Below are positions 50,929-59,498 of a stretch of DNA of 64,000 nucleotides, in pieces; the stretch's first letter is position 1, and every line of letters starts with the position of its first letter. The notes under the pieces are model-generated. The model searched no databases, was not told the DNA's origin, and was given only the letters and a program-made list of their open reading frames with translations. Source of the DNA: an uncultured cyanobacterium (GTDB lineage Bacteria; Cyanobacteriota; Cyanobacteriia; Cyanobacteriales; Chroococcidiopsidaceae); contig CAMIFA010000005.1 in NCBI GenBank assembly GCA_946221495.1, positions 4,208 through 68,207 of the forward strand, given 5' to 3'. The position numbers were made by a program, and so were the translations under genes.

Positions 50929-52139
50929 CAAGGGTAATTGGCTTAATAAGCGGTACGTCGGTTGATGGTATTGACGCTGCTTTGGTAGATATCAGTGGTA
51001 CTGACTGGGATTTAAAAGTTCAACTGATAACTGGCAAAACTTATCCCTACCCAGAGGAATTAAGAAAGCAGATATTAGCAGTTTGTGGTGGCGTAGCTGT
51101 TTCAATGGCTGAATTGGCTCAATTAGATGATGCGATCGCCTACTCTTTTGCTAAAGCCGCCCAAGATATTCAAAAAAATCACACTCCAGCTCAATTAATT
51201 GGCTCTCACGGTCAAACAGTTTATCATCGACCACCTGGGGGAGCTGGGGGGACAAAGGGACAAGGGGACAAGGAGACAAGGGGAGAATTATCCTCTTTAC
51301 CTTCCACTACGCTACTTGGATATAGTTTGCAACTAGGGCGGGGTTCTGTTATTGCTAGGGTTACTGGTATTCCTACAGTAAGTAATTTTCGCTCTGCTGA
51401 TATTGCTGCTGGCGGTCAAGGTGCGCCTCTGGTGTCGAGGGTAGATGCTTATTTACTTAGTCATCCCCAAGAGTCTCGTTGCATCCAAAATATTGGTGGT
51501 ATTGGCAATGTAACTTATCTACCGCCTCGGCTTAACTCTAGTTGGACTGAGAAAATTCTAGGGTGGGACACAGGACCTGGAAATTCACTTCTAGATTTAG
51601 CAGTGCAGCATTTAACCAATGGTACTAAGACTTACGACGAAAACGGCGATTGGGCAGCAACTGGTACTCCTTGTTACGACTTAGTAGAACAATGGTTAAG
51701 CGGCGACTTCTTTGAGCAGCTACCGCCTAAATCTACAGGTCGGGAACTATTCGGATGGGAATATTTGCAGCAGTGTTTAGCAGATGCCGAACCATATCAG
51801 CTTAGTTCTGCCAATTTTTTAGCGACACTAACCCAACTAACTGTTGCTTCAATTGTCAAAGAATACAACACTTTTTTACCTGATCTACCTGAGCGTGTGT
51901 TGTTATGTGGCGGTGGTAGTCGGAACCTTTATTTGAAAGAGCGGTTACAAACTTGTTTAGAACCAGTAGAGGTGTTAACTACTAATGAAGTGGGATTGAG
52001 TGCAGATTTTAAAGAAGCGATCGCCTTTGCAGTTCTGGCACACTGGCGCAATCTCGGTATTCCTGGCAATTTGCCTCAAGTCACTGGCGCAAAAACAGAG
52101 GTTCTTCTAGGAGATATTTCCTCTGTCTACAACGTCTAA
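50925..52139 (+). CDS. anmK: Anhydro-N-acetylmuramic acid kinase with an in-frame octamer-repeat insertion
   Basis: 404 aa. N-terminal [16 protein letters not shown] and the rest of the AnmK fold. A low-complexity insert [19 protein letters not shown] is encoded by GGACAAGG octamer repeats at about 51244-51288. Confidence 0.8.
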   Translation: MTRVIGLISGTSVDGIDAALVDISGTDWDLKVQLITGKTYPYPEELRKQILAVCGGVAVSMAELAQLDDAIAYSFAKAAQDIQKNHTPAQLIGSHGQTVYHRPPGGAGGTKGQGDKETRGELSSLPSTTLLGYSLQLGRGSVIARVTGIPTVSNFRSADIAAGGQGAPLVSRVDAYLLSHPQESRCIQNIGGIGNVTYLPPRLNSSWTEKILGWDTGPGNSLLDLAVQHLTNGTKTYDENGDWAATGTPCYDLVEQWLSGDFFEQLPPKSTGRELFGWEYLQQCLADAEPYQLSSANFLATLTQLTVASIVKEYNTFLPDLPERVLLCGGGSRNLYLKERLQTCLEPVEVLTTNEVGLSADFKEAIAFAVLAHWRNLGIPGNLPQVTGAKTEVLLGDISSVYNV

Positions 52140-52317
52140 GGTCTAGAACTTACGCACTTCCACTGTTGACCCGCAACTTATTTACCAGATATTACATTGA
52201 TATGACGGCTAACTTTTTAATAAGACAGTTGTACATAATTAATGCTGTAAATTTTCCAGTTTCACATCTGCTACCCAACATTTTATTAGCGAAAGCTGTA
52301 TTTATAAATATCTCCAA

Positions 52318-53886
52318 ATGCTGCCAACTGCTCAAGCCCATCCTATGACAGACCCCTACATTGGTCGCTTAATTGCCAAGCGCTATCAGATCCAAGAATT
52401 AATTGGAACTGGTGCAATGGGACGGGTTTATCGAGCAGAAGATATGTTGCTGGGAGGCGTACCTGTTGCTATTAAGTTTCTGAGCCTGTCAATTCACAAT
52501 CACAGACTCAAAGTACAGGAGCGCTTTGAGCGAGAAGCAAAAACATCTGCGCTGCTAAGTCAAAAAAGCATTCATATTGTTAGAGTGATGGACTATGGCG
52601 TAGACGACAACGGTACTGCGTTCTACGTTATGGAATATTTAATTGGCAAAAGCTTGAGCGATGTTATCCGCCTCCAACCTCTTTCTTTACCAAGATTTTT
52701 GAGTATGGCGCGGCAAATTAGCTTAGGTTTACAGTGCGCTCACCAAGGTATTCCTGTTGATGATCAAATCTGCCCAATCATCCATCGAGATATTAAACCT
52801 AGCAATATTTTAGTAAATCAAGATTCTAGTTTTGGCGAATTGGTGAAAATTCTCGATTTTGGAATTGCCAAGCTGGTGCAATCGGATAGTGCTAGGACTA
52901 ACTGCTATCTAGGAACTTTAGCTTATTCTTCTCCTGAACAAATGGAGGGTCAAGAACTTGATAATCGCTCGGATATTTACAGTTTGGGCGTAATGATGTT
53001 TGAAATGCTAACAGGCAAAATCCCTGTACAAGCAGATAGTGATTCCTTTGGTGGATGGTACAGAGCGCATCACTCCCAACCACCACGTTCTTTTGCTACA
53101 GCCGCTCCCCGCTTAAGACTACCTACGGGAGTCGAAAATTTGGTCATGGACTGTCTAGCCAAGTCGCCGAGCGATCGCCCACAAAGTATTACTGAAATAC
53201 TCCAAACATTAATATCTCTAGAGCAGCGTTATGGTGTTGTTGCTCCAGTTGAGCAGTTCGTTGGAGAGACACTAATTAAGCAGACTCTTATCCCTCAAGA
53301 AGAATATGTTGCCGAAGCGCGATCAGCAACTGAAATTTGTCAATTAACTTCTTGGCCTCAAGATAAACCGATTGCCAATATTGTATTTCCTCATTCGATC
53401 AAGGTTAACAATCAGTTAACCCCTGCATTGTGGGTAATGCTGCCACAAGAGGAAATTCAAAAGCGTCTCCAAAGCACACGCTACAACCAATTTCTATTTA
53501 TAACGTCTCCTCACCCCATGATGTTGTGGATTACAGTTCTCCACAATCGTGAACATGGTGCTAAATGGTTTCCTTATTACTTTGATTTAAAAACGAGTCA
53601 AGGGCAAGAAACTACTAGGCTCTTAGCAGAAACAGGAGCCTACCGATTATTATTATTTACGCGAGAATCTCCCCAACACCCTAGCAATTGTTTACTAATA
53701 AGCATTGCTCCTGCTCAATGCAAGCTATTACAAGAATGGCTTACATTGAGTCAAAATTTAGTTTCAACTGCGGAGCCACAAGTTAGTAAAAGCTTGCTTA
53801 AAGAAGAATTTGAAAAGCTTAAACCTCAGCTTTTGATGAAGCTAGAGGTGATTCATACCGAGTCTACAGCTAGTTTCTCAGCTTAA
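52318..53886 (+). CDS. Ser/Thr protein kinase with a C-terminal non-kinase domain
   Basis: 522 aa. Hanks motifs GTGAMGRVY, VAIK, HRDIKPSNILV, DFGIAK, SPE. Confidence 0.85.
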   Translation: MLPTAQAHPMTDPYIGRLIAKRYQIQELIGTGAMGRVYRAEDMLLGGVPVAIKFLSLSIHNHRLKVQERFEREAKTSALLSQKSIHIVRVMDYGVDDNGTAFYVMEYLIGKSLSDVIRLQPLSLPRFLSMARQISLGLQCAHQGIPVDDQICPIIHRDIKPSNILVNQDSSFGELVKILDFGIAKLVQSDSARTNCYLGTLAYSSPEQMEGQELDNRSDIYSLGVMMFEMLTGKIPVQADSDSFGGWYRAHHSQPPRSFATAAPRLRLPTGVENLVMDCLAKSPSDRPQSITEILQTLISLEQRYGVVAPVEQFVGETLIKQTLIPQEEYVAEARSATEICQLTSWPQDKPIANIVFPHSIKVNNQLTPALWVMLPQEEIQKRLQSTRYNQFLFITSPHPMMLWITVLHNREHGAKWFPYYFDLKTSQGQETTRLLAETGAYRLLLFTRESPQHPSNCLLISIAPAQCKLLQEWLTLSQNLVSTAEPQVSKSLLKEEFEKLKPQLLMKLEVIHTESTASFSA

Positions 53887-54192
53887 GTTATCGTAGATGA
53901 TTGAATAGTTTTAAGGAAAATTTGGATTTTATTTAGTTAATTTTTTTATTTAAATTTAGTGATCTTTCAAATTTTGATCCAGTAGGATTTAATTTTTTTA
54001 TTAATTATATTTTTAAAGTTTAATTATAAATATTATCTATTCAATTGCTAATTAGCAAATAGCTTTTAAGTTCAAAATAATAATGCCAAAATCTTTGATT
54101 TAAGAACGTTAATTCGACGGCCCAGCATTCCCAGCTCTTTTCTTGTCTAGAACTAAGCAAGAAACGGAGGTCGCCTAGATTGGTTGTAACAA

Positions 54193-54402
54193 CTATGCTG
54201 CCCAAGGACTTTGCTCAATGCCCCACTGGTGCTTCAGAAGCTGTTTGTAAGTTGCTTCTCGCATCACCATTTGTTGATATAGCTTGATCAAGAAGTCCTG
54301 TGCTTGTTCATGGCTCATTTTATGAACCTGTGTCTCAAAGGAGCGGATATTGAATTGCTGCTCTAGGGATAGTTCGATTGGTTGATTCATGGCTAACTCC
54401 AA
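54193..54402 (-). CDS. nblA: Phycobilisome degradation protein NblA
   Basis: MNQPIELSLEQQFNIRSFETQVHKMSHEQAQDFLIKLYQQMVMREATYKQLLKHQWG matches the about 60-aa helix-loop-helix NblA family of heterocystous cyanobacteria as I remember it. The true start is likely the internal MNQP (54390). Confidence 0.6.
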   Translation of the reverse strand: MELAMNQPIELSLEQQFNIRSFETQVHKMSHEQAQDFLIKLYQQMVMREATYKQLLKHQWGIEQSPWAA

Positions 54403-54744
54403 TAAAAGAAATAGTATTGATTAGCAGAAAACCCCATTACATAGGAGCTTGGTTTAAATGGAACCTGTAGTTGTCCCAACTTGTTAATAAATATAACAAA
54501 AGTTTGACAAGTTGCACCTACCTCTAATTAGGTACTTATGCTAACCAAAAGAAAGAACCTGAACACGGGTAGCTAATAGCAAGGCTAAAGGCTAGCCATA
54601 GTTCTACCAATTTATAAATGGCAAAAATGCTCAGGCTGAACAAACCTGAGTATATATACTCAATTATTGACAGGGCATTCTTCTTGTTTTAATGCCTAGT
54701 TCTTAGTCCCCAATTAATCAAGGCGCTTCCTAGATTCGGAAGCC

Positions 54745-56060
54745 GGAGTCATTACGTTAAACCCCATTCACTCCGATTACAGGTGATGAAGATCATCAGA
54801 ATTTGTGGGTGGAAACCCCGTCCTTTAAGGACGGCTTTATATGGTATGCTGGGATGAGTTATTAACCCAGTCAAATGCAAACGATATCTGTCAAATGTAA
54901 GCTTCAAGTTCCTATAGAGTTGCGCTCCGAAGTAGACCGCACTTTGCAGGGATTTGCTGACGCTTGCAATCAGATATATGAGGTTGCAAAACGAGAGAAT
55001 TGCTGGAACACAACTAAGCTTCACCACAAGGTTTATAAGCCAGTGAGAGAAGTTACGGGTTTGAAGGCAAACCATGTGTGTCAAGCAATTCATCGTGTGA
55101 TTGGTAACGCCAAAGCCGTTAAGCAAGTCCACAAATTCAGACCAACATCCATTAATCTGGATGTTCGGACTTTTCAGTATATTGAGGATTTGCAAACTGT
55201 TGGGATTACCTTGATGTGTGGTCGAGTTAAGCTCAAGTTGAGTATTGGTAATTACCAATTGGCACTGTTGAAAGGACAATCCCCAACGGCTGCTACCCTC
55301 AATAAAACTAAACGGGGTGACTACTACATCAATATCTGTGTTGACCTGCCTACCAATCCCACAGGTACAACTCCTAAAGTTATTGGGGTTGACTTGGGTA
55401 GGCGTGACATAGCTACCACTTCTAGAGGTGTCTCTTGGAGTGGCAAGCAAATTCAAGCTACTCGTGACCGATATAGCAAGGTCAGAGCTAATGTTCAATC
55501 CAAACGCACTCGCAGTTCTAGGCGACTGTTGAGAAGGCTTTCTGGGAAAGAGCAGAAGTTTCAAACGTGGCTGAATCACAATATCTCGAAGCAACTGGTT
55601 CAAGATGCCAAACAAAGTAATTCTGCTTTGGCTTTTGAAGACTTGACCAATATCAGACAATCGCTTAACCAACAACCTAGAAGCAAAACTGAACGTCGGA
55701 GAACTAACAATTGGGCGTTCTATCAGTTGCGTTTGTTTGTGGGGTACAAAGCTAAGGTTGCTGGTGTTCCAGTGGTATTTGTTCCCCCTGCATACACGAG
55801 TCAAACTTGTTCCCGATGCGGACATATTCACCCAACTAAGGGCAAATCTTTCCGCAATAGTAAGTTTTTCAAGTGTGAGTATTGTGGATTTAAACATGAT
55901 GCTGATATAAACGCAGCTAATAATATTGCTGCTTTGGGGAAGTCTGTAAGCCTTCCTGAAAGTCCGGGGATGAGTTGTCAACTGGGGGGTCAAATGACCC
56001 TCTTCCCGACGATTCAAATCTGTGGCTAAAGCCTCGTACCTTCAGGTCGAGCTAAGCTTA
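54745..56060 (+). mobile_element. IS200/IS605-family insertion sequence, tnpB-only (IS1341-type), boundaries approximate
   Basis: The left end has a subterminal hairpin CCGTCCTTTAAGGACGG (about 54820-54836). tnpB occupies the body. The right end lies just beyond the tnpB stop. Confidence 0.5.
54875..56029 (+). CDS. tnpB: TnpB (OrfB) RNA-guided endonuclease-like transposon protein
   Basis: 384 aa. N-terminal MQTISVKCKLQ; the RuvC-like split motifs; C-terminal zinc finger CSRCGHIHP...CEYCGFKHDADINAANNIA. Confidence 0.85.
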   Translation: MQTISVKCKLQVPIELRSEVDRTLQGFADACNQIYEVAKRENCWNTTKLHHKVYKPVREVTGLKANHVCQAIHRVIGNAKAVKQVHKFRPTSINLDVRTFQYIEDLQTVGITLMCGRVKLKLSIGNYQLALLKGQSPTAATLNKTKRGDYYINICVDLPTNPTGTTPKVIGVDLGRRDIATTSRGVSWSGKQIQATRDRYSKVRANVQSKRTRSSRRLLRRLSGKEQKFQTWLNHNISKQLVQDAKQSNSALAFEDLTNIRQSLNQQPRSKTERRRTNNWAFYQLRLFVGYKAKVAGVPVVFVPPAYTSQTCSRCGHIHPTKGKSFRNSKFFKCEYCGFKHDADINAANNIAALGKSVSLPESPGMSCQLGGQMTLFPTIQICG

Positions 56061-56114
56061 CAAATATTTCTATACCTATCAACTAAGGACTAAGGACTAA
56101 CGACTAGTGACTAA

Positions 56115-56834
56115 TTAATCAATCGCCACAATTAACGCCGTAATATTATCATGTCCACCCTTAGCTTTAGCTGCCTCTACAAGCGCGAAAACAGCTTTAT
56201 CAATATCTGAATGTTGGAGGTGAGAGGCAATTACTGGGTCAGAAAGTTCTTCTGTAAGACCATCACTGCATAACAGTAAGCGATCGCCTACTTGCACATC
56301 CAGCGCTTCAACATCAATTAACTCAACATCTTCACGACCTAAACACTGCAATAAAATATGGCGGTAGGGATGAGTCCGCGCTTCTTGCGGTTTAAGTTCA
56401 CCGAGTTGTAAAGCTCTAGCTACCCAGGTGTGATCTTGAGTAATCTGCTGTAGGTATGCACTGCGGAGGCGATAAAGGCGAGAGTCTCCAATATGAGCGT
56501 AGTAAACTTGTTGCTCTCTAAAAATTACGGCAACAACCGTTGTCCCCATATCAGAGCGTTGGGGGTGCTTTTGCTGATCTTGGACGATCGCGCTATTTGC
56601 CTGCAATAAAGCGCACTCTAACAAAGTTGAAGTAGGCGTAACCGAATCCCAACGCTCAACTAGATAAGCCTCAATTACTTGGGTAGCGATGCGACTCGCT
56701 TCCTCACCGCCAGCGTGTCCACCCATGCCATCGGCGACAATGAAGAATCGCCCCTCCGCATCAATGTAATAAGCATCTTGGTTGACAGAGCGAACCAGTC
56801 CCACATCGCTAAGACCAGTAAAGCGAAATTTCAT
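56115..56834 (-). CDS. PP2C-family Ser/Thr protein phosphatase
   Basis: 239 aa. GLSDVGLVRSVNQDAYY, VADGMGGHAGGE, and C-terminal DNITALIV. Confidence 0.85.
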   Translation of the reverse strand: MKFRFTGLSDVGLVRSVNQDAYYIDAEGRFFIVADGMGGHAGGEEASRIATQVIEAYLVERWDSVTPTSTLLECALLQANSAIVQDQQKHPQRSDMGTTVVAVIFREQQVYYAHIGDSRLYRLRSAYLQQITQDHTWVARALQLGELKPQEARTHPYRHILLQCLGREDVELIDVEALDVQVGDRLLLCSDGLTEELSDPVIASHLQHSDIDKAVFALVEAAKAKGGHDNITALIVAID

Positions 56835-56850
56835 AAGTTATTTACGGCAA

Positions 56851-58587
56851 TTAATACATTCGATCGTAGCGATCAAGACGAATAAGCAGTCGAATTAGCG
56901 CCACTCCTGCTACTGCTGCTATTAAAGCAGGAACTACAGCCAACCATACATAATTATTGACTAATAAAATTGTGGCAGATAAAGTGAAAGCACTGACTAT
57001 CAAAGCGTACGTAGTGCCAATTTGGAGACTACTCTGCCGCCGCATTAATCGCTCTGTTTCTATAGAACGCACGCGCACGCGCAAGTCTCCGTTTTCTAGT
57101 TTATAGAGAGTATCTTCCAGCCGACGTGGTAGGCTCAAGGCTGTACTACCAACTTGGGCTGCTTGACGACCGATTTCATTGAGAATGCTTTTGGTTTCCG
57201 AATTATTTCCATTAGTCATAATCTGCATCGCAAAAGGTCTAGCAACTTCCATAAAATTAAACTCTGGATCTAAACCCTTCCCTACCCCTTCTAAAGTAGA
57301 GAACGCCCGCATCACAAAAGTGAAGGTAGCCGGAAACCGAAATGGTTGGTTGTAGGCAATGTCGTACAAATCATTACTAATTGCACTAACCGACTGGTTT
57401 TCAAACGGCTTATCCATGAAATGATCCAGCATATATTGGACGGAACGCCGCACTGGTCCCATATCATCTACTGGCGCAAGTGCTCCTAATTCCACCAAAG
57501 AAGTGACAACGCGATCGCCATCTTTTTGGGCAATGCCAAACAGCGTATCCATCAATCCTTCTCGAATGTTGGACTTAATTTGTCCCATCATCCCGAAATC
57601 GTAGAAGATTAGCGAACCTTCAGGACTTACCGCAATATTGCCAGGATGCGGATCGGCATGGAAAAAGCCATCATTCAGCAACTGCCTTAAATAAGCTTCA
57701 GCACCCTGACGCGCTACTACTTTACGATCTATACCTGCTGCCTCTAAAGCTTCATAGTGGCTAATTTTAATCCCAGGAGCATATTCCAGCGTCAGAACTC
57801 GCGGCGACGTATAACGCCAATAAACACGCGGTACTTTTACCCACTCATGCTCACGAAAATTGCGCCGAAATGTATCAGCGTTGCGCCCTTCGTTGAGATA
57901 TTCAATTTCTTCCCATAAAATTCGACAACACTCCTCGTAAATACCTAGCCAATCTCTACCACGTCCCCATTCTGGATGATTTTGAAAGTAGCGAGTAATT
58001 CCCTTAAGGATCTTTAAATCAATTTCAAATAATTTTCTTAAGCCTGGTCGTTGTACCTTAACTACAACTGTTTCACCTGAATGCAGTTGCGCTTTGTGTA
58101 CTTGTCCTAAGCTAGCAGCAGCTAAGGGAATTGGGTCAAAAGAGTGAAAAAGCTCAGGAATTTTCTTACCCAACTCTTGCTCAACAATTGTTTCTACCTG
58201 CTCGTAGCTAAAAGCTGGAACCTTGTCTTGCAGCTTGGCAAGTTCTTCTACGTATTCGCTAGGAAATAAATCGGCACGAGTGGAGAACAACTGCCCAATT
58301 TTGATAAAGGTTGGTCCTAAATCTAATAAGGTATTGCGAATCCAGACAGCTTGTTCTTTGCGTCTAGCTGCTTGCTTTGCTTCAGTCATTCCCCCTGGAT
58401 AGCTCCAAGATTTTTTGTCGAGCCAGAAGCCAGCCATTAATTTGAACACAAAGCCCCAGATGTCAAAAAAACGCCGTCTACTAGAGTAATTTTCCTGGCT
58501 CCATCGGTATGCCTTCTCTTTGTATCCTGTTTCCAGACGCTTGGCATACCTCTGGTGTTTTGGCGAGTCAGCAGGAATAACAGACAC
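56851..58587 (-). CDS. ABC1/AarF/UbiB-family atypical kinase (second copy)
   Basis: 578 aa. VVKVQRPG, FFHADPHPGNI, DFGMMG, and a C-terminal TM segment. Confidence 0.8.
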   Translation of the reverse strand: MSVIPADSPKHQRYAKRLETGYKEKAYRWSQENYSSRRRFFDIWGFVFKLMAGFWLDKKSWSYPGGMTEAKQAARRKEQAVWIRNTLLDLGPTFIKIGQLFSTRADLFPSEYVEELAKLQDKVPAFSYEQVETIVEQELGKKIPELFHSFDPIPLAAASLGQVHKAQLHSGETVVVKVQRPGLRKLFEIDLKILKGITRYFQNHPEWGRGRDWLGIYEECCRILWEEIEYLNEGRNADTFRRNFREHEWVKVPRVYWRYTSPRVLTLEYAPGIKISHYEALEAAGIDRKVVARQGAEAYLRQLLNDGFFHADPHPGNIAVSPEGSLIFYDFGMMGQIKSNIREGLMDTLFGIAQKDGDRVVTSLVELGALAPVDDMGPVRRSVQYMLDHFMDKPFENQSVSAISNDLYDIAYNQPFRFPATFTFVMRAFSTLEGVGKGLDPEFNFMEVARPFAMQIMTNGNNSETKSILNEIGRQAAQVGSTALSLPRRLEDTLYKLENGDLRVRVRSIETERLMRRQSSLQIGTTYALIVSAFTLSATILLVNNYVWLAVVPALIAAVAGVALIRLLIRLDRYDRMY

Positions 58588-58767
58588 TTCGTATCCTAAA
58601 TTTGGTTGTTATATTTAGCGTGAGTGCAAACAAAATGCTGTAAAGCAAATGATGTGAATTTAAAATTTTGTCCGAACTATTGAAGCGAAAATATCTTTGG
58701 AATAATCGAAATTTTCCCCAATACTCCTCTTACAAATTTAAAACTTTTTTCTGAGTCTTGCTTACCT

Positions 58768-59088
58768 TTATACAGAATTACTACGATAGCGCTGCAATTG
58801 GGCTCTGAGAAGCGCAATCTCAGCTCTTAGTTCATCAATCATTACTTGGATGTCGACTGAGCCTGTCTGAGAGACTGTTGTTGCTCTTTGACCTACTGTA
58901 GCAGTTTCTGCTTCGCGATTTGCTCGTTCCATAACTTGCTCTGTAAACTGCCGCAGACGCTCTCGCTGCTCTGCATCAAATTTACCTAACTCACTAAGAG
59001 CATCGGTCAAGGCGTTTTCTAGCTGCTCGTTAAGCATTTCAGCTGCCGCTCTGCCTACAAAAAAGGCTTGAACAAGGGGATTAGTCAT
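58768..59088 (-). CDS. Hypothetical conserved helical protein
   Basis: 106 aa, entirely helical/coiled-coil in composition. No motif recognised. Confidence 0.4.
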   Translation of the reverse strand: MTNPLVQAFFVGRAAAEMLNEQLENALTDALSELGKFDAEQRERLRQFTEQVMERANREAETATVGQRATTVSQTGSVDIQVMIDELRAEIALLRAQLQRYRSNSV

Positions 59089-59498
59089 AAATTAAGATTT
59101 CTGTAAGCATCCGCAAAGATTATAACTTGCTTGTATGCGATACTGCCTCAGCTAAAGTGATGGTAAATATATAAACAATTTACTAACTGAAATATCAACT
59201 ATCTACATATTTATTTTAACTTATCTAACTAATACAAGTTATCAAATGTATTAAAGTATGCTCTCGAATTGAAATTGTAGTTTTGTCCACGTTCGGAGGT
59301 TTTAGTCATCGCTCTTTAGTTAACCATAGCCGCGAGAAATATGTTCGTAGAAGTTGGGGAATGAAGTGCGCTACAGCGCGAGTCATTAGTTAAACATCAT
59401 TCTCTCTTCAGCAGGGCATGAACATAATAAATACTCTTAATGCCCATTGACTAGGGACTAATGACTACTTAATCAAAGATAATTACCGCGATCGCTCT

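Noticed and set aside
54752-56017. 421-aa ORF on the minus strand, fully overlapping tnpB
   Set aside because: It is antisense to a clearly domain-bearing TnpB, and its own translation is low-complexity with no motifs. This is a typical shadow ORF of IS605-family genes.
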